In this document: positions 44,126-52,605 of the stretch, in pieces
How positions within the stretch are numbered: the stretch's first letter is position 1
How the letters are laid out: every line of letters starts with the position of its first letter
Sequence record: NC_018855.1
Reading direction: 5' to 3' (one strand)
Length of the DNA stretch: 64,000 nucleotides
Source: Escherichia phage HX01
Made by a program: the position numbers and the translations under genes
Notes under the pieces: generated by a model
Database searches by the model: none
Seen by the model: the letters and a program-made list of their open reading frames with translations, nothing else
What the model was told of the DNA's origin: nothing

Positions 44126-44360
44126 AGACATCAAAGGCTACAAGCCGCATACCGATGATAAAATCGGTAAAGTGAACGCTATTAAAGATGCCGAAGTTCG
44201 TTTAGGACTTATTCTGGACGCCCTGGCAGAAGAAGCATTATCAGAAAATACTCCTGAAGCTCTGACGGCTTTGTCCCAACTTAACTGTGCTAAAGAGCGT
44301 CTAAAGGAAGCTAGTATGTGGGCGTGTCGTGCGGTATTTCGACCTGAGGAAAAATACTAA
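44115..44360 (+). CDS. Hypothetical protein
   Basis: 81 aa from ATG 44115 (RBS GAGGAAA); ORF-track start 43947 is an extension. Confidence 0.45.
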   Translation: MSIEDIKGYKPHTDDKIGKVNAIKDAEVRLGLILDALAEEALSENTPEALTALSQLNCAKERLKEASMWACRAVFRPEEKY

Positions 44361-44659
44361 TGGCTCAAATCCTATCAGGCTTTGGAACTCATTATGAAGC
44401 ATCTCGACGCATAACTGAAAGCAATCCTTTTGGCCTTGTTCCGAAGCACAAGAAAATTCAAAGCCTTGATGACTTTGAGAATCGCCTATGGGCCCTCTTT
44501 AATGAGTACAAGGCATATCTGAAAGAAGACGCTGACGATTGTCTTGAAGAAGATGAGATTGCGTATTATGAACAACGCCTTGAACAGCTCAAGAACTTCC
44601 ACCAGGTTCGTGACGAAGTATCTAAAGCAGTTAAAAAGTTAATTCCTTTCAAAGAGTAG
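44360..44659 (+). CDS. Hypothetical protein
   Basis: 99 aa ORF. Confidence 0.5.
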   Translation: MAQILSGFGTHYEASRRITESNPFGLVPKHKKIQSLDDFENRLWALFNEYKAYLKEDADDCLEEDEIAYYEQRLEQLKNFHQVRDEVSKAVKKLIPFKE

Positions 44660-44707
44660 TTTACTTCTCCTCTAGTTGTGTTACTATAGACCTGTCAACT
44701 AGAGGAG
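44659..44707 (+). promoter_or_regulatory. T4-type early promoter with 14-bp stem-loop enclosing -10 and regB RBS
   Basis: GTTTAC, 17-nt spacer, TACTAT; perfect inverted repeat TTCTCCTCTAGTTG...CAACTAGAGGAGAA. Confidence 0.6.
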
Positions 44708-44715
44708 AAATCAAA

Positions 44716-45174
44716 ATGACTATCAATTCAGACGTTTTTATCCGCCGTAATAAACTCCGTCGAATCTTTGAAACGGAGTTCCGCAAAATAAATGCCAGTA
44801 TAAAAGATGCTGCAAAGTCTCTTGGACTACCAGGCTTTCATATCAAGTATTCTCAACATCTCTTAGATCGTGCCATCCAGAGAGAAATAGATGAGAACTA
44901 CGTTTTTGAATTATTTCGTAAAGTAAAAAATCATGTTAAAGAAGTTGCAGAATTTTTATCAATGCCGGCACGTCCAGATGTTGATGAAGATTTTGTCGAA
45001 GGTGTTGAATATCGCCCAGGCCGTTTAGAAATAACTGACGGAAATCTTTGGTTAGGACTTACAGTTTGTCGCGAAAATCCTGCATTCAAAATGAAGACTC
45101 TTCAATGCAGAATGGCTATTATTAACAGTAAACGACTACCAGGAAAAGCTTCTAAAGCAGTGATTAAAATCTAG
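44716..45174 (+). CDS. regB: Endoribonuclease RegB
   Basis: MTINSDVFIRRNKLRR...HLLDRAIQREIDE... matches T4 RegB by recall. Confidence 0.9.
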   Translation: MTINSDVFIRRNKLRRIFETEFRKINASIKDAAKSLGLPGFHIKYSQHLLDRAIQREIDENYVFELFRKVKNHVKEVAEFLSMPARPDVDEDFVEGVEYRPGRLEITDGNLWLGLTVCRENPAFKMKTLQCRMAIINSKRLPGKASKAVIKI

Positions 45175-45182
45175 AGGTAAAC

Positions 45183-45725
45183 ATGAGAAAAGCACTACTC
45201 GCTGGTCTATTTGCTCTTTCATTATCAGCACATAGCTCCGAGCATACTTTTAGTAATGTCCAACTCGATAACTTGAATTATGCTTATCAGTTTGGGGAAC
45301 AGTTTTCTAAGGACGGAAAATTTAAAACGCATGAAAATATGCATAAGAAAGGACTTGGATACATAATGGCCGCAATACTATGGCAGGAATCATCTGCCGG
45401 TATTAATCTTAAAGATAAGAAAGGTCACCATGCGTATGGAATGTTCCAAAACTATCTACCAACAATGAGGGCAAGAGTTAACCAGCTTGGTTATAATATG
45501 ACTGATGCCCAAATTAAGAAAATGCTATCTAAGCGGTCTAATTCAGCAAGATGGGCTTATATCGAATTTTCTTATTGGTTAAATATACATAACGGGGATA
45601 TAAGGAAAGCCTTATCCTCATATAATGCGGGATGGAAGACAAGTGCTGGAAGTAAATATGCTTCTGAAGTCCTAGAAAAGGCCAATTACCTTAAATCAAA
45701 TAAACTACTGGAAATAAAAGAATGA
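45183..45725 (+). CDS. Secreted lytic-transglycosylase-like (SLT domain) protein
   Basis: Signal peptide MRKALLAGLFALSLSAHS; motifs WQESS, YGMFQ, SYNAGW typical of SLT domains. Confidence 0.6.
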   Translation: MRKALLAGLFALSLSAHSSEHTFSNVQLDNLNYAYQFGEQFSKDGKFKTHENMHKKGLGYIMAAILWQESSAGINLKDKKGHHAYGMFQNYLPTMRARVNQLGYNMTDAQIKKMLSKRSNSARWAYIEFSYWLNIHNGDIRKALSSYNAGWKTSAGSKYASEVLEKANYLKSNKLLEIKE

Positions 45726-46069
45726 CCAAAATGTTGGCTTTAATAGTTGGCTTGGTTTCATTTAACGCTCTTGCTAATACTACATATACTGATGTAACGG
45801 AGTATACAAACAGAACGGCGTCTGATTATTGTGGTAAAAGTCAAGAGTGTAAAGTAGATTTTTCACAAAAATTGTTATATGCGTATAAAGACGGAGAAAA
45901 AGATGGGGCGTCTAGTAGGTTCAAGGCGTCTACCTTAATTAAAAGATACTATAAAAAATGGCAAATATTAGAATGCTCGGTGGCGGAACCTAAAGATAAG
46001 GCAGCATGCAATTCTATGGTGGACCGTCTAGTTGACTCTTATAATAGAGGACTTGCAGCAAGTGATTAA
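45722..46069 (+). CDS. Secreted Cys-containing hypothetical protein
   Basis: 115 aa with N-terminal signal peptide and four Cys. Confidence 0.5.
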   Translation: MTKMLALIVGLVSFNALANTTYTDVTEYTNRTASDYCGKSQECKVDFSQKLLYAYKDGEKDGASSRFKASTLIKRYYKKWQILECSVAEPKDKAACNSMVDRLVDSYNRGLAASD

Positions 46070-46529
46070 AAACTATATCAAGGGCGATATTGTCGCCCTG
46101 TTTTCTAAAGGTAATAATATTGCTCATGGGTGCAATTGTTTTCATACAATGGGCGCCGGTGTAGCAGGTCAATTAGCAAAGGCTTATCCAAAAATTTTAG
46201 AAGCCGATAAACTTCAAACCGAATTCGGAGACGAGTCTAAACTTGGGACTTATTCGGTTTATGAAAAATATTTTAAGACCCATAAAGCTTATTGCTTTAA
46301 TCTTTATACACAGTTTGAGCCGGGACCTAATTTTGAGTACTCTGCTTTAATGAATTGTATAATAGAATTAAATGAATTCGGAAAAAATAAGATAACAAAG
46401 CCTGTAATTTATATGCCAAGAATTGGTGCGGGTATTGGTGGCGGAAACTGGGATGTCATCGAAGAGATTTTAGATACGTATTCCACTAAACTAGAAATTG
46501 TGATTGTTGATTGGGAACCATTATTATGA
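46032..46529 (+). CDS. Macrodomain (ADP-ribose-binding/hydrolase) protein
   Basis: GDIVALFSKGNNIAHGCNCFHTMGAGVAGQLA and PRIGAGIGGG resemble macrodomain signature loops; start ambiguous (TTG 46032 or GTG 46062). Confidence 0.65.
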   Translation: MTLIIEDLQQVIKNYIKGDIVALFSKGNNIAHGCNCFHTMGAGVAGQLAKAYPKILEADKLQTEFGDESKLGTYSVYEKYFKTHKAYCFNLYTQFEPGPNFEYSALMNCIIELNEFGKNKITKPVIYMPRIGAGIGGGNWDVIEEILDTYSTKLEIVIVDWEPLL

Positions 46530-46738
46530 ATATACATTATCCACATCCATATGACCCAAAGAATAAGGCAGTAATTATTCGTCAATGGGAACGCATTTGT
46601 CGTACCAAATGTCCAATTAATAGTCCACATGATGTAGATAAAGACTACATCGGAACATTCGTTGAATATACCTTTATTGATAAGAAAGGCCGTAAACAAC
46701 ATGTAGAAGAATATTGCTTAAAGGTGACATGGTTATGA
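46526..46738 (+). CDS. Hypothetical protein
   Basis: 70 aa, ATGA overlap with macrodomain gene stop. Confidence 0.45.
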   Translation: MNIHYPHPYDPKNKAVIIRQWERICRTKCPINSPHDVDKDYIGTFVEYTFIDKKGRKQHVEEYCLKVTWL

Positions 46739-46920
46739 GTTTAAGTAAAGAACAAAAAGACAGACTCTTTTCTCTTATCCACGAAGTTATGGATAAAAAT
46801 AGCGAATTGGAAAAAGTTTGTAATGAATGCGGTCCTTTTAGCGCAAACGAGTACGAAGAACTTTCTAAAGAATTCGATAATAAAGAACAAGAACTCATTG
46901 ATTATATAAATTCCTTATGA
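46735..46920 (+). CDS. Small helical protein, MxxxEQK paralogue A
   Basis: 61 aa MSLSKEQKDRLFSL... Confidence 0.45.
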   Translation: MSLSKEQKDRLFSLIHEVMDKNSELEKVCNECGPFSANEYEELSKEFDNKEQELIDYINSL

Positions 46921-47114
46921 TTACTCGCGAACAAAAGAACGAAATATTATTTTTAGTTGGTGAAATTATTAGTTTAGAAAAGGATTTGTCTTTTGAATTA
47001 TCTTCTGATTATGGAGATGCCGAAACATATTACGAATTAGTAAAATCTATCGATAAAGCTGAAAATGATTTGGAAACATATTTAGAAAATTTAACTAAGG
47101 ACTCTTATGGCTAG
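46917..47114 (+). CDS. Small helical protein, paralogue B
   Basis: 65 aa MITREQKNEILFLV...; tandem to paralogue A. Confidence 0.45.
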   Translation: MITREQKNEILFLVGEIISLEKDLSFELSSDYGDAETYYELVKSIDKAENDLETYLENLTKDSYG

Positions 47115-47688
47115 TTTAATTTTTACATATGCCGCTATGAACGCTGGTAAGTCTGCTTCATTACTTACTGCCGCACATAACTATAAAGAACGTGGCATGG
47201 GTGTATTAGTTCTTAAACCGGATATTGATACTCGCGATTCAAAAGGTGAAATAGTCTCTCGTATTGGTATTCGTCAGGACGCCAATATAATTACAAAAGA
47301 CATGGATATCTTTGAATTCTATAAATGGGCTGCAGCACAAAAGGATATTCATTGTGTATTTGTTGACGAAGCTCAGTTCTTAACTACTGAAAAGGTGTAT
47401 CAACTTAGTCGTATTGTTGACGTATACAATGTGCCGGTAATGGCATATGGACTACGAACAGATTTTAAAGGTAATCTATTTGAAGGTTCTCAAGCATTAA
47501 TGGCTATTGCCGATAAGCTTGTTGAACTTAAAGGTGTCTGTCATTGCGGTAAAAAAGCCACAATGGTAGCTAGAGTCACGGAAGATGGACTTCCAATTAC
47601 AGATGGCAGTCAAATTGAAATTGGTGATACCGATAGATATGTGTCATTATGCCGGAAGCATTGGAATGATTTGACAGGGTTGTTATAA
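47107..47688 (+). CDS. tk: Thymidine kinase
   Basis: MASLIFTYAAMNAGKSASLL... 193 aa, matches T4 Tk by recall. Confidence 0.92.
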   Translation: MASLIFTYAAMNAGKSASLLTAAHNYKERGMGVLVLKPDIDTRDSKGEIVSRIGIRQDANIITKDMDIFEFYKWAAAQKDIHCVFVDEAQFLTTEKVYQLSRIVDVYNVPVMAYGLRTDFKGNLFEGSQALMAIADKLVELKGVCHCGKKATMVARVTEDGLPITDGSQIEIGDTDRYVSLCRKHWNDLTGLL

Positions 47689-47715
47689 ATACTAATATCT
47701 AACCAAGAGGTATAT

Positions 47716-47928
47716 ATGCAGCAATTAAACGAAAGACAACTTCGTAATCTTACTGTAACCCAATTGGACGAAATCCGAAGAGAAATAGGACATTCTATTT
47801 CTCATTTAAACGAGGATATCCGTCAAACTGGTTCTAAAGCTGATTATACACGCAAGCGCAAGCTGGAAAAATACCTCACAGATGTTAAGGCCGTCCAAAG
47901 GCGAAAAATAAATACTGGCCAAAATTAA
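47716..47928 (+). CDS. Hypothetical protein (rI.1 position)
   Basis: 70 aa ORF between tk and rI. Confidence 0.5.
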   Translation: MQQLNERQLRNLTVTQLDEIRREIGHSISHLNEDIRQTGSKADYTRKRKLEKYLTDVKAVQRRKINTGQN

Positions 47929-47940
47929 CAGGAGGCCTAT

Positions 47941-48243
47941 ATGGCCTTAAGAGCGATAGCTGTCATGGCGATGCTGGGGTTTTTTGCAGCAACAACTCCT
48001 AACGTTGGTACTGCGTACACCGACCCATATTTTGATAACTTTATGGAATCAGGGATTAAAAACGTATATACTTTGTTTGAAATTCAAAATGTCGAGAATT
48101 CTGAAAAATTCTATAAGTATATGGCAAAGCATTACAAAAATAGCCCCTGTGATGATGCATTTGAATGCCATGAACAAGGCATAAAAACTGCCAGACAATT
48201 TGCCGAGTTCATGAAAATAAAATTAGAGCCTACATCTATCTAA
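47941..48243 (+). CDS. rI: Lysis-inhibition regulator RI (antiholin)
   Basis: MALRAIAVMAMLGFFAA... signal-anchor then ...DPYFDNFMESGIKNVYTLFE... resembles T4 RI. Confidence 0.8.
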   Translation: MALRAIAVMAMLGFFAATTPNVGTAYTDPYFDNFMESGIKNVYTLFEIQNVENSEKFYKYMAKHYKNSPCDDAFECHEQGIKTARQFAEFMKIKLEPTSI

Positions 48244-48249
48244 TTTACT

Positions 48250-48278
48250 AGCCCCTTCCTTACGGTTGGGGCTTTTTT
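48250..48278 (+). terminator. Rho-independent terminator after rI
   Basis: AGCCCC...GGGGCT hairpin + TTTTTT; near-duplicate of the 32815 terminator. Confidence 0.7.
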
Positions 48279-48288
48279 GCATTTAGCA

Positions 48289-48340
48289 GTTTACTTCTCC
48301 TCAGGTTGTGTTATAGTAGACCTTACTTACTAGAGGAGAA
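48289..48340 (+). promoter_or_regulatory. T4-type early promoter with stem-loop enclosing -10 and RBS
   Basis: GTTTAC, 17-nt spacer, TATAGT; inverted repeat TTCTCCTC...GAGGAGAA. Confidence 0.55.
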
Positions 48341-48344
48341 CGTT

Positions 48345-48524
48345 ATGTCACGTAAAGAAAAGATTTCTAAGTTGATGTTTTTGATTGAAGAGTATGCTAA
48401 TGCGGTATCTGATTGGGAAAATGCTCATGGTTGCGAAGATGGAGACATCGACATTAACAGAGCTATGAAAAAGATGGCCGAAGCCCACACCGAATTGCAA
48501 ATGTATGTTAACGAGATTATGTGA
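48345..48524 (+). CDS. Small hypothetical protein
   Basis: 59 aa from ATG 48345 (RBS AGAGGAGAA). Confidence 0.45.
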   Translation: MSRKEKISKLMFLIEEYANAVSDWENAHGCEDGDIDINRAMKKMAEAHTELQMYVNEIM

Positions 48525-48531
48525 GGATATT

Positions 48532-48696
48532 ATGCTTTACGATTATACTGGAAAATCTGAAGACGGCGTACTTGAACTTTTACCTGAAAGCGCTGAAGAT
48601 GATATGGTGGTGATATATTGTGTTGGTTGTCAATCAATGCGTGATGAAATTTTTAAACGTGAACCAAGAAACTGTTGGCACAGGAGCATGAGATGA
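48532..48696 (+). CDS. Small protein, MLYD paralogue A
   Basis: 54 aa MLYDYTGKSEDGVLELLPE... Confidence 0.45.
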   Translation: MLYDYTGKSEDGVLELLPESAEDDMVVIYCVGCQSMRDEIFKREPRNCWHRSMR

Positions 48697-48788
48697 TTTA
48701 CTATCTTGAACCTTGGGCTTGGTTAACAATGGCTATAGGGCCTGTTTTAATTGGTTTATTCTTTTCATGGTTAGCGAGGAAACTGTAA
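48693..48788 (+). CDS. 31-aa single-TM peptide (not in ORF track)
   Basis: ATG 48693 six nt after CAGGAG; MIYYLEPWAWLTMAIGPVLIGLFFSWLARKL; stop overlaps next ATG. Confidence 0.35.
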   Translation: MIYYLEPWAWLTMAIGPVLIGLFFSWLARKL

Positions 48789-49003
48789 TGCTGTATGACC
48801 CAAGTGGTAATTTTGAAAATGGTGTGATTGTTCTGGAACCTGAGCATCCAGTTGGTGACGTATACCGCCCAGTTGAAGTATGTGAATGTAATTTTGTTGC
48901 AGGTAATACTGGTGGGATTTCCATTGAGCAAGATGATGATGTTATTTACCTGGATGCAAGCCAAGTAGAAGCGCTTTATAGTATTTTAAAACACAATCGG
49001 TAG
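48788..49003 (+). CDS. Small protein, MLYD paralogue B
   Basis: 71 aa MLYDPSGNFENGVIVLEPE... Confidence 0.45.
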   Translation: MLYDPSGNFENGVIVLEPEHPVGDVYRPVEVCECNFVAGNTGGISIEQDDDVIYLDASQVEALYSILKHNR

Positions 49004-49043
49004 TTTACGTCTTGGTAGGACTATGATATAGTAATCCTACCAA
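49003..49043 (+). promoter_or_regulatory. T4-type early promoter embedded in stem-loop
   Basis: GTTTAC, 18-nt spacer, TATAGT; inverted repeat GGTAGGACTA...TAGTAATCCTACC. Confidence 0.55.
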
Positions 49044-49060
49044 GACAAATGGAGAACAAA

Positions 49061-49171
49061 ATGAAACTTTTGCTTATCGCTTATGTTGTAGTACAATACA
49101 ATTATCCGATGTTTACTTATAACATGGTAAACGGCATAGTGAATCTTATTGAAACGAGTATGGTAAAATGA
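49061..49171 (+). CDS. 36-aa hydrophobic peptide (not in ORF track)
   Basis: ATG 49061 after AATGGAGAACAAA; MKLLLIAYVVVQYNYPMF... Confidence 0.3.
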   Translation: MKLLLIAYVVVQYNYPMFTYNMVNGIVNLIETSMVK

Positions 49172-49347
49172 CCCGTGAACAAGCTAATAAATTGATGGAC
49201 CTTATCCATGACTTACGTGAAGCCGATTCAGATTTGAATGATGTAGCTTATCATGCGGTAAATGATAACGGAGACTTTTATGAAAATCAGGTTGATGCTT
49301 GCCAGAATGCTTTGGTGAATTTTGTTGAAACTTTAATTGGTGAATAA
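49168..49347 (+). CDS. Small helical protein, MxxxEQK paralogue C (not in ORF track)
   Basis: 59 aa MTREQANKLMDLIHDLREADSDL..., similar to 46735 and 46917 proteins. Confidence 0.4.
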   Translation: MTREQANKLMDLIHDLREADSDLNDVAYHAVNDNGDFYENQVDACQNALVNFVETLIGE

Positions 49348-49348
49348 T

Positions 49349-49879
49349 ATGAAAACTGTAATTGAAACAACCGAGTTGTTTGGTGATTTATGTATCGAAA
49401 AACGTGGTTATGTGTATGTTCTGACACAAGAAGATGATGCTGCTACTATTCTTCCTATGGAACTGGACAAGATTTTGAAACTCAATCCACCCGGCCATGC
49501 ATCTGTAATTAACATTGATGAAGACCTTCAAGTTCGTTTTTATCACGGACTTTATAGTGGGGTTAATATCGAAACTGAAGACGAATGTTTTTCTATTAAT
49601 AATTGGAAAACATTCGTCACTAAGGTGAAAGAATTCATGGAATCTGAAACAGTCAAAAAAGCCAAACTTCAATGGGCTAAATGCCGTAATGCTTTTATTA
49701 CAAATCAGGACCGCCCTGACTATACAACGATCCTAGGTGTTAATCCTTCTTATGAAGATGGCGATGTTGTAGTTATTCGTCAAATTGATGACCTTCGTCA
49801 GCATATCGTTACATTAGACAAAGATGAAGCAGTTGCTCTTAAAGCTTATCTCGATTCTATTATCCCAACTTTGAAATAA
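49349..49879 (+). CDS. Hypothetical protein
   Basis: 176 aa from ATG 49349. Confidence 0.55.
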   Translation: MKTVIETTELFGDLCIEKRGYVYVLTQEDDAATILPMELDKILKLNPPGHASVINIDEDLQVRFYHGLYSGVNIETEDECFSINNWKTFVTKVKEFMESETVKKAKLQWAKCRNAFITNQDRPDYTTILGVNPSYEDGDVVVIRQIDDLRQHIVTLDKDEAVALKAYLDSIIPTLK

Positions 49880-49888
49880 GGAATTATT

Positions 49889-50362
49889 ATGATTATCAAT
49901 GAAAACTCTTGGCACTTTAAAATTTACGCCGCGTTCAATAGTACATGGAATCGCCCGAAAACGTTGTGTGCTTATTTTTGGAAAACGTTTCTCCCGGTAT
50001 TGTTTGTTTCGATTATTGGATTTGCGATTTTAGCAGCGGCCACAATCGTTGGCCAGGAAATTTTAACTAAATTCTTTGTCTTTAGTAGTTTATGGACATT
50101 AGTTCCGGCCTCAATTGGTGTAGGTGTTTTATTCATTGCATTATGTGTTGGTATTTCTATAGTTTTAGTATTAGGCATACCGTGGCTAATCGACTTATAC
50201 AGAGAGCGGAAGTATTATAAAGAAGTTGAGCTCATTGCACAAAACCAAGAACGAATTAAAAATGGACTTGAGCCTATTGAACGTAAGAAATCATTAATAG
50301 GTGAATACCTTAAAGCTCGTAAAGAAAAAGTCTGTCCTACTCTTGAATATAAGGCTAAATGA
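49889..50362 (+). CDS. Membrane protein
   Basis: 157 aa with two long hydrophobic helices. Confidence 0.55.
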   Translation: MIINENSWHFKIYAAFNSTWNRPKTLCAYFWKTFLPVLFVSIIGFAILAAATIVGQEILTKFFVFSSLWTLVPASIGVGVLFIALCVGISIVLVLGIPWLIDLYRERKYYKEVELIAQNQERIKNGLEPIERKKSLIGEYLKARKEKVCPTLEYKAK

Positions 50363-51372
50363 TGAAAACAATTGTGAAAACTTATTTTGGTAGTCACCTT
50401 TATGGAACGTCTACTCCTGAATCTGACGTCGATTTTAAAGAAATTTACGTCCCTCATGCTCGTGATATCTTGACCGGTAACGTTAAAGAACATATGAGCA
50501 AGAACACGAATAACACGTCTTCTAAGAACACAAAAGACGACGTGGACCATGAGTTGTATAGTCTCAAATATTTCTTTAAACTAGCTGCAGATGGTGAAAC
50601 AGTCGCATTAGATATGCTTCACACTCCACCAAGTTTAGTAGTTAAATCTGATTTGCCTGACGTGTGGAAGTATATTCAAGACAACAGGTCTCGTTTCTAT
50701 ACTACTAACATGAAATCTTATTTAGGGTATGTCCGTAAGCAAGCTTCTAAATATGGCGTCAAGGGTTCTCGATTGGCCGCATTACGTGATGTATTGAAAG
50801 TAGTTAATCAAATCCCTGACCAGTGGGTTGATTACCAAGAGGGAATTCCAGATCGTTTACGCCGAACTAAGGTAGAAGATATCAAACACCGACTCCCTGA
50901 AAACGAGTTTTGTGAATGGGTATTCCATAATCATGAGAAAACCGGTCCACAAACGTTCTACACTGTGTTGGGTCGTAAATATCAGACAACACTTTCTCTT
51001 ATTGAGCTTAAGCAGTCTTTGAATAAACTTGATGCCGAATACGGTGAACGTGCTCGTAAGGCAGAAGCTAACGAAGGTATTGACTGGAAAGCATTGAGTC
51101 ATGCATGCCGTGGTGGACTTCAATTATTGGAAATTTACAAAACCGGCGACCTGGTTTACCCGCTTCAAGATGCTCCATTTATTCTCGATGTTAAGCTTGG
51201 TAAACATACGTTTAAAACTGTACAAGAATTCCTGGAAGATATTGTTGACCAGGTAGAACATGCGTCAGAACAAGCCGCTAAGAATGGTATGCAGCAAAAA
51301 GTAGATATGAGTTTCTGGGATGACTTCCTTGAACAAGTTTACTTAGAAAACCACAATTCGTACTATAAATGA
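50359..51372 (+). CDS. Nucleotidyltransferase-fold protein (pol-beta superfamily)
   Basis: N-terminal YFGSHLYGTSTPESDVDF = G[GS]x9-13DxD motif, downstream acidic DDVDHE; 337 aa. Confidence 0.6.
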   Translation: MMKTIVKTYFGSHLYGTSTPESDVDFKEIYVPHARDILTGNVKEHMSKNTNNTSSKNTKDDVDHELYSLKYFFKLAADGETVALDMLHTPPSLVVKSDLPDVWKYIQDNRSRFYTTNMKSYLGYVRKQASKYGVKGSRLAALRDVLKVVNQIPDQWVDYQEGIPDRLRRTKVEDIKHRLPENEFCEWVFHNHEKTGPQTFYTVLGRKYQTTLSLIELKQSLNKLDAEYGERARKAEANEGIDWKALSHACRGGLQLLEIYKTGDLVYPLQDAPFILDVKLGKHTFKTVQEFLEDIVDQVEHASEQAAKNGMQQKVDMSFWDDFLEQVYLENHNSYYK

Positions 51373-51419
51373 TAAGGGCCTGAAGGCCCTTTAGGGGGAT
51401 AAAATATTTTTAAAAAGTG

Positions 51420-51448
51420 GTGTACATGCTTTTAGGATATGTTATTAT
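51420..51448 (+). promoter_or_regulatory. T4-type early promoter
   Basis: GTGTAC, 17-nt spacer, TATTAT upstream of the AAA+ ATPase gene. Confidence 0.5.
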
Positions 51449-51486
51449 AGACCTATCGAAACGAAATGAGTAAATTGGAGAATAAA

Positions 51487-52467
51487 ATGTTCAACGTTCA
51501 AATCAAAAAAGGTATCTATCGTAATAACGAAATCTCCGGTTCTTATGTTGCCACAAAGACATGGTTCCCGGCAAAGCTTAATCCTGAATGTTCCCACTTA
51601 GGTGACGGTAAAATTTTCGTTATGATCGATGGTTCTGAACGTGGAGTATGGGTCTTCAAATCAGACATCGTAATGGAAGGAGTTGAGACGTCACCAGTTG
51701 CAGTTGTTGAAAGCACTGAAGATATGAAAACTCGTATCAACAAACGCTTTAAAGTAATGAACATGATGACGAATGGCATTATCGATGGCAAAATTCGTTC
51801 ACTCATTATTTCAGGTGCAGCTGGTATTGGTAAGACGTATTCTCTGGATAAAGCACTTAATAATGCTAATGATAACGGTTTCATCAAATACAAAAGCATT
51901 AATGGTAAAATCTCTGGTATTGGCCTTTACGAACAACTTTGGCTCAACCGTGATGCGGACAGCGTTCTCTTAATCGACGACGTTGACGTATTCTCAGATA
52001 TGGACATCTTGAACCTTCTTAAAGCAGCATTAGATACTGGAGATAAACGCAAAGTTTGCTGGAGCACTGCGTCATCTTATCTCGATGATAAGGGTATTGA
52101 TAAAGAATTTGAGTTTGAAGGTACTATCGTTTTCATTACAAACGTTGATATCGATAAAGAGTTAGAACGCGGTTCGAAACTTGCCCCACACCTTCAAGCT
52201 TTAGTATCTCGTTCAGTGTATCTCGACCTTGGAGTACACTCTAATGAAGAGATTATGGTTCGAGTTGAAGATGTAATATTATCTACTGACATGATGCAGA
52301 AACGTGGTCTGACGGATGCAGAAACGTATAAAGCATTGTCCTGGATGAAGGCCAACGTATCTCGTCTTCGCAATGTATCATTACGTACGGCTCTTTATGT
52401 AGCAGATTTTATTTCAACTGATAAAGATGGTTGGGAAGAAATCTCTGAAGTAACTTTACTGAAATAA
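51487..52467 (+). CDS. AAA+ family ATPase
   Basis: Walker A ISGAAGIGKTY, Walker B VLLIDDVD, sensor-1-like VFITN; 326 aa from ATG 51487. Confidence 0.65.
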   Translation: MFNVQIKKGIYRNNEISGSYVATKTWFPAKLNPECSHLGDGKIFVMIDGSERGVWVFKSDIVMEGVETSPVAVVESTEDMKTRINKRFKVMNMMTNGIIDGKIRSLIISGAAGIGKTYSLDKALNNANDNGFIKYKSINGKISGIGLYEQLWLNRDADSVLLIDDVDVFSDMDILNLLKAALDTGDKRKVCWSTASSYLDDKGIDKEFEFEGTIVFITNVDIDKELERGSKLAPHLQALVSRSVYLDLGVHSNEEIMVRVEDVILSTDMMQKRGLTDAETYKALSWMKANVSRLRNVSLRTALYVADFISTDKDGWEEISEVTLLK

Positions 52468-52605
52468 GCTTATAGGAAGTTCTGAGGTAACAAAAGCCAT
52501 AAAGATGAATAATCATATGGCTTACCTCAAAGAAGGACACCAGGAACCTACTGAGGGCATAGAAATATTTAAAAATAATGGTGTACAAATCAAAGAGGAT
52601 ATGTT

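Noticed and set aside
51373-51390. GGGCC-TGAA-GGCCC hairpin after the nucleotidyltransferase gene (and a similar one at 33524-33540) as terminators
   Set aside because: Both are followed by TTAGGGGG rather than a U-run; possibly RNA-stability elements, but intrinsic terminator assignment is not supported.
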